Shown here: positions 18,856 to 28,807 of the stretch, in pieces
How the letters are laid out: every line of letters starts with the position of its first letter
Position numbering within the stretch: the first letter of the stretch is position 1
Virus record (IMG/VR): IMGVR_UViG_2778261252_000011
Reading direction: 5' to 3' (one strand)
Origin: a virus
Taxonomy: Duplodnaviria > Heunggongvirae > Uroviricota > Caudoviricetes
DNA: 42,392 nt
Position numbers and translations under genes: made by a program
Notes under the pieces: model-generated
What the model saw: the letters and a program-made list of their open reading frames with translations, nothing else
Databases searched by the model: none
What the model was told of the DNA's origin: nothing

Positions 18856-19316
18856 GCAGAGTCGCCGCGATTATTTATGCTTTGGTTATCTGCATCATCG
18901 TCTGCCTGTCGTGGGCGGTCAATCATTACCGTGATAACGCCACCGCCTACAAAGAGCAGCGCGACAAAAATGCCAGAGAACTGAAGCTGGCGAACGCGGC
19001 AATTACTGACATGCAGATGCGTCAGCGTGATGTTGCTGCGCTCGATGCAAAATACACGAAGGAGTTAGCTGATGCGAAAGCTGAAAATGATGCTCTGCGT
19101 GATGATGTTGCCGCTGGTCGTCGTCGGTTGCACATCAAAGCAGTCTGTCAGTCAGTGCGTGAAGCCACCACCGCCTCCGGCGTGGATAATGCAGCCTCCC
19201 CCCGACTGGCAGACACCGCTGAACGGGATTATTTCACCCTCCGGGAACGACTGGTAATGATGCAGGCCCAACTTGAAGGTGCTCAGCAATACATAACCGA
19301 ACAGTGTTTAAAGTAA
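18852..19316 (+). CDS. Rz i-spanin (about 154 aa); GTG start overlapping the endolysin stop, alternative in-frame ATG at 18837
   Basis: Translation (M)[29 protein letters not shown]... closely matches lambda/Rac Rz. Confidence 0.8.
   Translation: MSRVAAIIYALVICIIVCLSWAVNHYRDNATAYKEQRDKNARELKLANAAITDMQMRQRDVAALDAKYTKELADAKAENDALRDDVAAGRRRLHIKAVCQSVREATTASGVDNAASPRLADTAERDYFTLRERLVMMQAQLEGAQQYITEQCLK
19072..19257 (+). CDS. Rz1 o-spanin lipoprotein (61 aa) embedded in the +1 frame of Rz
   Basis: Lipobox VVGC, proline-rich body; fully nested within Rz. Confidence 0.8.
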   Translation: MRKLKMMLCVMMLPLVVVGCTSKQSVSQCVKPPPPPAWIMQPPPDWQTPLNGIISPSGNDW

Positions 19317-19453
19317 AATCTTAACTACAATATGATTCATTTTGATGATTGTTTCATAAGGAACAGTGAAGTAAGATCTAAGAGGAGTTAAATTTTATAC
19401 AGTATAATCATAATATTGCAGCAAGGTGGTTATAATTGAAAGAATATTTAGAT

Positions 19454-20911
19454 ATGAATACATCTCATGTAAGAGTTGTTACTCATATGTGTGGGTTCCT
19501 GGTTTGGCTCTATAGTCTTTCAATGTTGCCACCAATGGTTGTAGCATTGTTTTATAAAGAAAAAAGCCTGTTCGTTTTCTTTATAACTTTCGTTATATTT
19601 TTTTGTATTGGTGGCGGAGCGTGGTATACAACTAAGAAATCTGGCATTCAATTACGTACCCGTGATGGGTTTATTATAATTGTAATGTTTTGGATTTTGT
19701 TTTCTGTTATTAGTGCATTCCCTTTATGGATTGACTCAGAACTTAATTTAACGTTCATTGATGCTCTGTTTGAAGGGGTTTCTGGAATAACAACAACAGG
19801 AGCAACTGTAATTGATGATGTTAGTTCATTACCTCGGGCATATTTGTACTATCGGTCACAGTTAAATTTTATAGGTGGTTTAGGAGTTATTGTTCTGGCG
19901 GTTGCTGTATTGCCATTATTGGGTATTGGTGGTGCAAAGCTTTATCAGTCAGAAATGCCGGGGCCATTTAAGGATGACAAACTCACTCCCCGCCTGGCCG
20001 ATACGTCACGGACACTGTGGATAACTTATTCTTTATTAGGTATTGCTTGTATTGTCTGTTATAGACTTGCAGGAATGCCTTTGTTTGATGCTATTTGTCA
20101 CGGGATTTCCACAGTTTCGCTTGGTGGTTTCTCAACTCATAGCGAGAGTATCGGATATTTTAATAACTATTTGGTTGAGCTGGTGGCTGGTTCTTTTTCC
20201 CTGCTATCGGCTTTCAACTTCACTCTTTGGTATATTGTTATTAGCAGGAAAACGATAAAACCTTTAATCAGAGATATTGAACTTCGTTTCTTTCTGTTAA
20301 TAGCCTTAGTGGTGATCATTGTTACCTCTTTCCAGGTCTGGCATATAGGTATGTATGACTTGCATGGAAGTTTTATTCATTCGTTTTTTCTTGCCAGCTC
20401 CATGCTCACTGATAATGGTTTAGCTACGCAGGATTATGCAAGCTGGCCCACGCACACGATAGTGTTTTTGCTGTTGTCAAGTTTCTTTGGGGGATGTATA
20501 GGTTCAACTTGTGGTGGAATTAAGTCACTTCGATTTCTTATACTTTTCAAACAAAGCAAACACGAGATAAATCAGCTTTCTCATCCCAGAGCGTTGTTGA
20601 GTGTAAATGTAGGAGGGAAGATAGTTACAGATCGTGTAATGAGGTCTGTATGGAGTTTCTTTTTTCTTTATACTCTCTTCACGGTGTTTTTTATACTGGT
20701 GTTAAATGGTATGGGATATGATTTTCTTACATCATTTGCAACAGTGGCTGCATGTATTAATAATATGGGATTAGGTTTTGGGGCTACTGCATCGTCATTC
20801 GGAGTGCTTAATGACATTGCAAAATATTTAATGTGCATAGCTATGATTCTTGGTCGCCTTGAAATTTATCCTGTTATTATATTGTTTTCAGGTTTTTTTT
20901 GGCGCTCCTAA
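19454..20911 (+). CDS. trkG: TrkG potassium uptake protein (485 aa)
   Basis: Translation MNTSHVRVVTHMCGFLVWLYSL... matches TrkG; polytopic membrane protein; markedly AT-rich codon usage relative to the neighbours. Confidence 0.9.
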   Translation: MNTSHVRVVTHMCGFLVWLYSLSMLPPMVVALFYKEKSLFVFFITFVIFFCIGGGAWYTTKKSGIQLRTRDGFIIIVMFWILFSVISAFPLWIDSELNLTFIDALFEGVSGITTTGATVIDDVSSLPRAYLYYRSQLNFIGGLGVIVLAVAVLPLLGIGGAKLYQSEMPGPFKDDKLTPRLADTSRTLWITYSLLGIACIVCYRLAGMPLFDAICHGISTVSLGGFSTHSESIGYFNNYLVELVAGSFSLLSAFNFTLWYIVISRKTIKPLIRDIELRFFLLIALVVIIVTSFQVWHIGMYDLHGSFIHSFFLASSMLTDNGLATQDYASWPTHTIVFLLLSSFFGGCIGSTCGGIKSLRFLILFKQSKHEINQLSHPRALLSVNVGGKIVTDRVMRSVWSFFFLYTLFTVFFILVLNGMGYDFLTSFATVAACINNMGLGFGATASSFGVLNDIAKYLMCIAMILGRLEIYPVIILFSGFFWRS

Positions 20912-21048
20912 TATATGGCTGATTTATAATTGTGAGTTTAATATTATGTTGACTCACTCATTGATCCAATACCTAACTTTACCAGCAACACCTCCGCCCC
21001 CAGTAGCACTGGCTGCTGGGGTGCGTTTTATTCATAAAGCAAGGCTGT

Positions 21049-21843
21049 ATGAGCGAGAAATTAAAGATAGTCTATCGCCCATTACAAGAATTGTCACCGT
21101 ATGCGCACAATGCCAGGACGCACAGTACTGAGCAGGTGGCACAACTGGTAGAAAGTATTAAGCAATTCGGCTGGACTAATCCGGTGCTGATTGACGAAAA
21201 GGGCGAAATTATTGCGGGTCACGGTCGTGTTATGGCGGCTGAAATGCTCAAAATGGATTCTGTTCCGGTCATTGTTCTGTCTGGCCTGACGGATGAGCAG
21301 AAAAAGGCGTACCGCCTGGCAGATAATCGCCTGCCGATGAATGCTGGCTGGGATGAAGATCTGTTGCGGATGGAGCTGTCGGACCTAATCAATGCTGATT
21401 TTGATGTCTCCCTGACAGGCTTCATCCCGACAGAAATTGATGAACTGTTGACGGATGTTTTGCCCGGTACAGGAAATGAGGAGGAGCCGTATACGACGAA
21501 AATTGATACGCCTGTTTATGAGCCGTCGGGCGGTAAACCGGATATCAGTGAACTGTACGACGATACGAAAACTCAGGAGCTGATCAGCCGGATACGTTCG
21601 GCGTCCCTTGATCCTGATATTGAGAAATTCCTCCTGTGTGCGGCAGAACGTCACACAGTGTTTAATTTCAGCAGAATTGCGGACTATTACGCTCATGCCC
21701 CCGCTGAAATTCAGTGCCTTTTCGAGGAGTCGGCGCTGGTGATCATTGATTATCAGCAGGCTATTGAAAATGGATTTGTCCGAATGACGCAGCGCATGGT
21801 GGAGATCATGCATGGCGGGGAGGAGGAGGAGGAATATGCGTGA
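21049..21843 (+). CDS. ParB-like nuclease domain protein (264 aa)
   Basis: N-terminal ParB/Srx-like region around IAGHGRVMAA; acidic C-terminal tail. Confidence 0.7.
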   Translation: MSEKLKIVYRPLQELSPYAHNARTHSTEQVAQLVESIKQFGWTNPVLIDEKGEIIAGHGRVMAAEMLKMDSVPVIVLSGLTDEQKKAYRLADNRLPMNAGWDEDLLRMELSDLINADFDVSLTGFIPTEIDELLTDVLPGTGNEEEPYTTKIDTPVYEPSGGKPDISELYDDTKTQELISRIRSASLDPDIEKFLLCAAERHTVFNFSRIADYYAHAPAEIQCLFEESALVIIDYQQAIENGFVRMTQRMVEIMHGGEEEEEYA

Positions 21844-22768
21844 TGATTTTTGCGCCTTTATTCTGACTCACGGGCGACCGGACAAAGTTCTGACTTACCG
21901 GACGTTGCGTCGTGCTGGCTATACCGGGAAAATTTTTATCGTTGTTGATGATGAAGATAAGACACGGCATCAGTACATGGCTGAATTTGGTGAACAGGTG
22001 CTGGTATTTTCCAAAGCCGATATTGCCAGTCGTTTTGACGAAGCCGATAATTTTGGTGATCGCCGCTCAATTTTTTACGCCCGTAATGCCTGTTTCGACC
22101 TGGCAAAACTGGTCGGGTGTAAATACTTCATTCAGCTCGATGATGATTATCACGAGTTCCAGTTTCGGGTGGATCGCAACTATGACCAGGCCTATTTCCC
22201 GATAAGGAAACTGGATGCGATCCTTTCTGAAATGCTGGCGTATTACGAATCAATACCCGCGCTTTCCATCGCTATGTCGCAGGGCGGGGATTTTCTTGGT
22301 GACAATGGCGGCCATGCTTCGTGGGTGAAACGCAAGGCAATGAACAGCTTTATCTGTTCGGTTGATCGACCGTTCTCATTCATGGGGCGCATTAACGAGG
22401 ATGTGAATACGTACACGAATCTCGGTCGCTGTGGTGAATTGTTTATGACGATCGGTGCTGTCCAGTTAGGGCAGAAACAGACGCAGAAAAACAGCGGCGG
22501 AATGACCGAGCTGTATCTGGATTCCGGAACCTACGTTAAAAGTTTTTACTCCGTCATGTATTCGCCGTCGTGCGTAAAAATCTCACTGATGGGTGCCAGC
22601 CATAAACGCATTCACCATCAGGTCACCTGGAACAACGCTGCAGTAAAAATCCTTCACGAAAAATACAGGAAGAAGACACCCTGCATATCAATGGGGGTGA
22701 CAAATGATTCCGTATTCGAAAGTCGAGTCTCTGGCAGCGTGCCGGATGACTGCACAACAAATCGCTGA
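21836..22768 (+). CDS. Hypothetical protein (311 aa) with GT-A-like features (DxD-like LDDDYHEF)
   Basis: ATGCGTGA overlap with the ParB-like stop; FILTHGRP...IFIVVDDED and QLDDDYHEF are reminiscent of GT-A glycosyltransferases; unverified. Confidence 0.45.
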   Translation: MRDDFCAFILTHGRPDKVLTYRTLRRAGYTGKIFIVVDDEDKTRHQYMAEFGEQVLVFSKADIASRFDEADNFGDRRSIFYARNACFDLAKLVGCKYFIQLDDDYHEFQFRVDRNYDQAYFPIRKLDAILSEMLAYYESIPALSIAMSQGGDFLGDNGGHASWVKRKAMNSFICSVDRPFSFMGRINEDVNTYTNLGRCGELFMTIGAVQLGQKQTQKNSGGMTELYLDSGTYVKSFYSVMYSPSCVKISLMGASHKRIHHQVTWNNAAVKILHEKYRKKTPCISMGVTNDSVFESRVSGSVPDDCTTNR

Positions 22769-22955
22769 CGTTCTGGATGTTGATCTGAACCGACTGAAAG
22801 AAAATCGGGAAGCAATGACAGATTTTTATGCGGCCATCCGTAAGGGCAGAGCGAAAGGTGAAGCCGAGTTACGAGCGGCATTGTTTAAGCTTGCCAGAAA
22901 AGGGGATGCCTTTGCTCTGCGCGAACTACTCAGGGTGGATAAAAATCAGGACTAA
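22704..22955 (+). CDS. Small HTH-like protein (83 aa; alternative start at 22746)
   Basis: ORF overlapping the 3' end of the previous gene; function unclear. Confidence 0.4.
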   Translation: MIPYSKVESLAACRMTAQQIADVLDVDLNRLKENREAMTDFYAAIRKGRAKGEAELRAALFKLARKGDAFALRELLRVDKNQD

Positions 22956-22958
22956 CTG

Positions 22959-24053
22959 ATGAGCAGACCGGACTGGGGGGCGTTGCAGCAGGAGTATATT
23001 GCTGAATACACCCGCTCCGGTATATCTCCGGTGGCATGGTGTGAAGCAAGGGGACTGAACTACGCAACAGCCCGTCGTTACATCAAAAAAACTCCGAAAA
23101 ATGCGCAGAAAGAAATGCGCAAAACTGCGCAAAAAAGTGCGCGAAAAAAAACTGCGCAGACTGCGCAAAGGCAGAACGGAAAATCTCAGAAAAAAAAGGC
23201 TGTATCCGATGCACTCCTGATTGAGGGGGACACGGAAGAAATTTCGTTCTGCCCCGATGAATTCGGTATTTCTGACCAGCAGGCAAAATTCGCCATGTTG
23301 GTTGCTCAGGGGAAAAAGCCGACAGAGGCATACCGACTGGCTGGTTATGAGGGGCAAGGTGCGACAGCTAACAGCAACGCCAGCCGTATGCTTAGAAATG
23401 CCAGGGTTTATCGTGCTATCAGCTACTTCCGCAATCAGTACCAGAAACGCTATACCGCAGACCTGGATTTACTGGTGAGCCAGTTGATGGCCATTGTCCA
23501 GGCCGACCCCAATCAGTTGGCACAATTTCGCCGTGTTAACTGCCGTTATTGCTGGGGCGAGAATCATCTCTACCAGTGGCGTGATATTGCAGAATTCGAT
23601 AAGGCTGCGGCACAGGCCTCCAGAGATGGTAAACCCGAGCCGGAATATGGAGGCCTCGGCTTTGTTGATAACGCCATACCCAATCCTGATTGCCCGAAGT
23701 GCTGCGGTGAGGGAACAGGACAGCTTTATATGGCTGATACCACACTGCTTGATGGGGATGCGCGGCAATTATATGCAGGGTCAAAGCTCGGAAAATACGG
23801 TGTTGAGATCCTGCTGGAGGATAAGGCTGCCGCCCGGCGTGAATTGTTGCGTTTGCTTTCTGCTGGCGGGGCATTATGTGCAGATAAGCGGCTACAGGAA
23901 CTGGAAATTGAACGGCGCAGAATAGAGAACCAGAAGCTGCGCAAAGAGATCGAAACGGTGGAGGATAATGAACATCCCCAGCCTGTGGCGATCAATATTA
24001 ATGTGGTTGATGCCAGATTAAGGAGTGATGAAGATGATCTCTCCGACGCTTAA
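22959..24053 (+). CDS. Terminase small subunit (364 aa)
   Basis: Segment AKFAMLVAQGKKPTEAYRLAGY typical of terminase small subunits; immediately upstream of the large subunit; contains repeated GCGCA motifs. Confidence 0.7.
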   Translation: MSRPDWGALQQEYIAEYTRSGISPVAWCEARGLNYATARRYIKKTPKNAQKEMRKTAQKSARKKTAQTAQRQNGKSQKKKAVSDALLIEGDTEEISFCPDEFGISDQQAKFAMLVAQGKKPTEAYRLAGYEGQGATANSNASRMLRNARVYRAISYFRNQYQKRYTADLDLLVSQLMAIVQADPNQLAQFRRVNCRYCWGENHLYQWRDIAEFDKAAAQASRDGKPEPEYGGLGFVDNAIPNPDCPKCCGEGTGQLYMADTTLLDGDARQLYAGSKLGKYGVEILLEDKAAARRELLRLLSAGGALCADKRLQELEIERRRIENQKLRKEIETVEDNEHPQPVAININVVDARLRSDEDDLSDA

Positions 24054-25335
24054 TGTGCCTCAGGCGCGATTTCTTTCAATGCCCCATAAATTTAAAGCCT
24101 ATATTGCTGGTTTTGGCTCGGGCAAAACATGGGTTGGGTGTGGCGGCATATGCAAGGGGATTTGGGAGCATCCAGGTATAAATCAGGGATATTTTGCGCC
24201 AACGTATCCCCAAATTCGCGATATTTTTTACCCTACAGTGGAAGAAGTTGCTGCTGACTGGGGATTGAACGTAAAAATTAATGAGGGAAATAAAGAGGTT
24301 CACTTTTATTACGGACGCCAGTATCGGGGAACCACTATCTGCAGATCGATGGAGAAGCCACAAACGATCGTCGGTTTCAAAATTGGTAATGCGCTGGTGG
24401 ATGAACTGGACATTTTGCCGAAGGAAAAAGCCAGAACGGCGTGGCGCAAGATAATTGCGCGTATGCGTTATAAGATTGATGGACTTCGCAACGGTATTGA
24501 CGTTACAACCACGCCGGAAGGATTCAAATTTGTCTACGAGCAGTTTGTTAAAGCCGTGCGTGAAAAAACAGAGCTGGCCTCACTGTATGGTCTGGTGCAG
24601 GCATCTACTTTCGATAATGAAAAGAACCTGCCAGCAGATTACATTCCTTCACTTCTTGAATCATACCCTCCAGAGCTGATTAAAGCCTATCTTCTAGGAC
24701 GGTTTACTAACCTGACAAGTGGTACTGTTTACCATCAGTTTGACCGGAAACTGAATAATTGCGAAGAAGTGGAGCAGCCAGGGGAGCCGATTTATATTGG
24801 GATGGATTTTAACGTTGGAAAGATGGCGGGAATCGTCCATGTGCTGCGTTTGGGGCTTCCATGTGCGGTAACTGAAATCATCAATGCCTACGATACGCCG
24901 GATATGATCCGCCTCATTAAAGAACGCTTCTGGCTGTATGACGGGCATGATTACCGGAAAGTGAGGGAGATTTATATTTATCCAGATGCTTCCGGAGATT
25001 CCAGAAAATCAAGTAACGCAAGTACGACGGATATAGCCCAGCTTAAGCAGGCAGGTTTTAACGTTGTGGTGAACAGCTCGAACCCGCCAGTAAAAGATCG
25101 CGTTAACTCAATGAATGCAATGTTCTGCAATGCCAATGGTGAGCGTCGCTATAAAGTTAATGTGAAGCGTTGTCCGGTATATGCCGAATCTCTGGAGCAA
25201 CAGGTCTGGGATGATAAGGGGGAGCCTGATAAAAAATCTGGCAATGATCACCCGAATGATGCCGGAGGTTATTTCATCGTTAAGCAATTCCCTATTGTCA
25301 AACCGACCGGAAGAGTCACATCACTTCGGATTTAA
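24025..25335 (+). CDS. Terminase large subunit (436 aa)
   Basis: Walker A GFGSGKT near the N-terminus; size and position. Confidence 0.85.
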   Translation: MMKMISPTLNVPQARFLSMPHKFKAYIAGFGSGKTWVGCGGICKGIWEHPGINQGYFAPTYPQIRDIFYPTVEEVAADWGLNVKINEGNKEVHFYYGRQYRGTTICRSMEKPQTIVGFKIGNALVDELDILPKEKARTAWRKIIARMRYKIDGLRNGIDVTTTPEGFKFVYEQFVKAVREKTELASLYGLVQASTFDNEKNLPADYIPSLLESYPPELIKAYLLGRFTNLTSGTVYHQFDRKLNNCEEVEQPGEPIYIGMDFNVGKMAGIVHVLRLGLPCAVTEIINAYDTPDMIRLIKERFWLYDGHDYRKVREIYIYPDASGDSRKSSNASTTDIAQLKQAGFNVVVNSSNPPVKDRVNSMNAMFCNANGERRYKVNVKRCPVYAESLEQQVWDDKGEPDKKSGNDHPNDAGGYFIVKQFPIVKPTGRVTSLRI

Positions 25336-25337
25336 TT

Positions 25338-26744
25338 ATGGCTGATATATCAACACCCAACCTCGACTATAACGATATGCTGGAGGCGTGGGATATTAAC
25401 GACGCATTGATGGGCGGTACGCTTGAAATGCGCAGGCAGGGGGAAAATTATCTCCCCAAATGGCCTAATGAAGATGAAGACGCTTATAAAAAACGCCTGT
25501 CTGTGGCTACGTTACTTCCTGTGTATGAAGAAAGCATCAAACAAAATATTGGGCGCATATTTGCAGAGCCGACAGTATTGAGTGAGGAAACGCCGGAAAA
25601 AATCAGGGAATATGCAGAAAATATCGACATGGAGGGGAGCCGACTGGATGTGTGGGCGCAGCAATTTTTCAGTCTCGCATTTCAGTATGGTGTGGCACAT
25701 GCGCTGGTGGACTATCCACGAACGGATATGAACGAGATTCGGACAAAAGCCGATGAAAACGCGGCCGGTGGTCGCCCGTACGTTACGATGCTGAATCCAC
25801 GCCAGGTTATTGGATGGAAATCGAAAGTTGAAAAAGGGAAAGTTGTTCTCACTGATTTGCGTATAAAAGAGGTCATCATTATTGATGGTGATGATTTCGG
25901 GCAGAAGAAGGTGGAGCAGATCCGCCATATTATGCCCCGTCGAGTAGAAATTTATCGACGCAGCGAAGGTACTAATGGCGAATCTGTCTGGATGCTTCAT
26001 GAGTCATGGAATACCAGCCGTGATGATATTCCTCTGGTAACACTGTATACGAAGAAAACAGGGTTTATGCGTGGTACACCGCCATTGCTTAATCTTGGCT
26101 TGCTGAATATCAAGCACTGGCAAAGCCAGAGCGAGCAGGACAATATTCTTCATGTTGCCCGCGTTCCATTGCTGGTGGCCTACGGGCTGGACAGGAATGA
26201 AGAACTGACGGTTGGTGCATCCACGGCTACGATTTTTGAGGACAGAACAAAAAATGGCCTCGAATATGTTGAACATAGTGGCGCAGCGATAGAATCTGGC
26301 GAAACATCACTTGAGAAGCTGGAAAATCAGATGCGTCATGCCGGCGCTAAACTTCTGCGGGCTGAAAATACATCCACCAAATCTGTTGATCGGACTAATG
26401 AAGAGCGGATGCAGGAACACTCGCCGCTTTATACAATGGCGAACTCCCTCGAAGATGCCCTCGATAATATTCTCCAGATAATGGCGGAATGGAGCGGAGA
26501 GAGTTGCGGTGGCAATGTGGATGTGCGCACTGAACTGGATGTATCTGCCCAGGTGTTTGACTCATCCTCCGCGCTGGCTGTTCAGTCATTGCGTCAGGGC
26601 GGTGATATACGTCAGATTGATGCGGTTCGGGTGTTGCAGGCGTTGAAATTTATCGATCAGGATTCCCGTCCAGAGGAAGTGATCGATGAATTAAAAAATC
26701 AGAGTGTAATGCTGATGGAAATCAATGATGCAAACCGTGAATGA
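25338..26744 (+). CDS. Portal protein (468 aa)
   Basis: Size and position directly after the terminase large subunit. Confidence 0.7.
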   Translation: MADISTPNLDYNDMLEAWDINDALMGGTLEMRRQGENYLPKWPNEDEDAYKKRLSVATLLPVYEESIKQNIGRIFAEPTVLSEETPEKIREYAENIDMEGSRLDVWAQQFFSLAFQYGVAHALVDYPRTDMNEIRTKADENAAGGRPYVTMLNPRQVIGWKSKVEKGKVVLTDLRIKEVIIIDGDDFGQKKVEQIRHIMPRRVEIYRRSEGTNGESVWMLHESWNTSRDDIPLVTLYTKKTGFMRGTPPLLNLGLLNIKHWQSQSEQDNILHVARVPLLVAYGLDRNEELTVGASTATIFEDRTKNGLEYVEHSGAAIESGETSLEKLENQMRHAGAKLLRAENTSTKSVDRTNEERMQEHSPLYTMANSLEDALDNILQIMAEWSGESCGGNVDVRTELDVSAQVFDSSSALAVQSLRQGGDIRQIDAVRVLQALKFIDQDSRPEEVIDELKNQSVMLMEINDANRE

Positions 26745-27840
26745 ACGGCTGCGTGATGAATCAATTGCTCATGCAGTCTGGATATCCCGCTATAGCACTG
26801 GCGTGGCTGCCAGAATGGTGAAAATACTGAATGACAGCGATGCGGAACTTACTGCTCGCCTGCTGATAGCACTGGACAGCCTCGATCCAGGTAGTTTTAC
26901 CGTTAAGCGCCTGGAGTCACTTCTGGCGAGCGTCAGAGAGGTTAACCGCACTGCTATTAACAGCATGTTTACCAGTCTCTCCGGAGAGCTGAACGAGCTG
27001 GCAATTTATGAGGCTGGTTATCAGTTAAGTCTGTTTGATTCTATGCTACCTGATTTTGTTGCTGATGTTCACCCTCTGGTTGGTATCTCTCCTGATGCAC
27101 TTTATGCCGCTGCAATGGCGCGACCATTCCAGGGACGACTGCTCAGTGAGTGGGCCTCAGATCTTGAGGCGGATCGGCTCAGACGCATAACAAATACAGT
27201 GCGTCAGGGTTTTTTGCTGGGGGATACCAATGAGCAGATCGCAAGAAAAATTCGGGGACATGTCAGTAAGGGATTTCAGGATGGTGCATTGCAGATGAGC
27301 CGGGCTAATGCGGCCAGCATTGCAAAAACAGCGGTTGGACATCTTGCTGCTACTGCCCGTGAGAGTTTTGCCAGCGCGAATAATGATTTGATTAAGGGTA
27401 AGCAATGGTTATCAACGCTTGATAATCGTACTACGCCACAATGTCGAATCAGGGATCGCCTCAAATATACGCTGAATAATAAACCTGTAGGTCACAGCGT
27501 GCCTTATTTGCAGGGGCCGGGAAAAATTCATTTCTGCTGCCGCTCAACGGAAACGTTCATTCTGAAATCAGCGAAGGAACTGGGTATTGATGTTCGCGAT
27601 ATTTCCCCGGCTGAGCGGGCCAGCATGGATGGCGTGGTGGCCGGAGATACAACCTACAGGGAATGGTTTTTGCGTCAGCCTTACACCAGACAAAAACAGA
27701 TTGTGGGGGAAACCCGAGCAAAGCTGATTCGGGATGGTGGTATGTCGCCAGATGAATTTTACACCGATAAAGGCGAATGGCTGACGCTGAAGCAGCTCCG
27801 TGAGCGTGATGCACAGGTATTCAGAAAAGCAGGGATTTAA
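26725..27840 (+). CDS. Head morphogenesis protein (371 aa, Mu F / SPP1 gp7-like)
   Basis: C-terminal segment TTPQCRIRD...HFCCRST and position after the portal gene. Confidence 0.75.
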   Translation: MMQTVNERLRDESIAHAVWISRYSTGVAARMVKILNDSDAELTARLLIALDSLDPGSFTVKRLESLLASVREVNRTAINSMFTSLSGELNELAIYEAGYQLSLFDSMLPDFVADVHPLVGISPDALYAAAMARPFQGRLLSEWASDLEADRLRRITNTVRQGFLLGDTNEQIARKIRGHVSKGFQDGALQMSRANAASIAKTAVGHLAATARESFASANNDLIKGKQWLSTLDNRTTPQCRIRDRLKYTLNNKPVGHSVPYLQGPGKIHFCCRSTETFILKSAKELGIDVRDISPAERASMDGVVAGDTTYREWFLRQPYTRQKQIVGETRAKLIRDGGMSPDEFYTDKGEWLTLKQLRERDAQVFRKAGI

Positions 27841-27860
27841 ATAAATCATTTATTACAACA

Positions 27861-27885
27861 GGCTACCTTCGGGTGGCCTTTTTTA
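27861..27885 (+). terminator. Intrinsic terminator
   Basis: Stem GGCTACC / GGTGGCC (one G-U) with loop TTCG, followed by TTTTTT. Confidence 0.55.
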
Positions 27886-27944
27886 TTGCTGCGATCCGGA
27901 TGGTGAGCAGCGTAACTGTCGGAAGACTTAAACCAGGTACTAAT

Positions 27945-28709
27945 ATGAAACTGAAAACGGTCGAGATTAACGGAAAACAATACGCAGAAATTGATACTGC
28001 TGGCCTGCCAGTTTATGTGCACGACGATGGTAAAGAAATTGGCTTCGATGCACCGCTGGCGACAAAAAAAATTACAGAGCTTAATGGCGAGGCAAAAAAT
28101 CATCGCCTGGCTAAAGAAGCTGCAGAGGAAAAACTGGCTAAGTTTGCCGCTATCGAAGACCCGAAGAAGGCGATCGAGGCACTGGAAATGCTGTCAAAAA
28201 TCGACCAGAAAAAGCTGCTCGATGCGGGACAGGTTGACCAGGTTAAGGCAGAAATTACGAAAAATTTTCAGCAGCAATTAGATGAAGAAAAGCAACGCTC
28301 TCAGATGCTGGAGAAGCAGCTTTACGATTCTATGATTGGCGGTAGTTTTGCGGGTTCAAAATATATTGCCGATAAAATTGCGATCCCGGCAGATTTATTA
28401 CAAGCCCGCTTCGGGCAGGCATTCAAAGTGGAAGAAGGGAGGATCGTTGCTTATGACGCTTCCGGCAACAAAATTTATTCCCGCGCGAAGCCTGGCGAAC
28501 TGGCGCAGTTTGATGAGGCGCTGGAGTTCCTTGTCGAAAATTACCCTCAGAAAGACTACATCCTGAAAGCCAGTGGCAACAATGGCGGCGGCTCCCGTCC
28601 GACACAGCATGATATTGGTCAGAAAACGATGAAACGCTCTGCTTTTGATGCACTGGATGTTGCAGGTAAGCAAAACGCATTGAAAGACGGTATCACAATC
28701 GTTGATTAA
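27945..28709 (+). CDS. Putative scaffolding protein (254 aa)
   Basis: Charged, coiled-coil-like sequence between the head morphogenesis and capsid genes; start chosen downstream of the terminator. Confidence 0.5.
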   Translation: MKLKTVEINGKQYAEIDTAGLPVYVHDDGKEIGFDAPLATKKITELNGEAKNHRLAKEAAEEKLAKFAAIEDPKKAIEALEMLSKIDQKKLLDAGQVDQVKAEITKNFQQQLDEEKQRSQMLEKQLYDSMIGGSFAGSKYIADKIAIPADLLQARFGQAFKVEEGRIVAYDASGNKIYSRAKPGELAQFDEALEFLVENYPQKDYILKASGNNGGGSRPTQHDIGQKTMKRSAFDALDVAGKQNALKDGITIVD

Positions 28710-28807
28710 CACATTTGTCAGCTTCCGGATGGGAGCTGGTGTCAGGGCTGGATAGCTCATTACTCCATCTATTCACAATTACGCAAATTTTTAAGGAATA
28801 TTTAATT

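Noticed and set aside
25512-26000. 162-aa minus-strand ORF
   Set aside because: Antisense to the portal gene; no start context.
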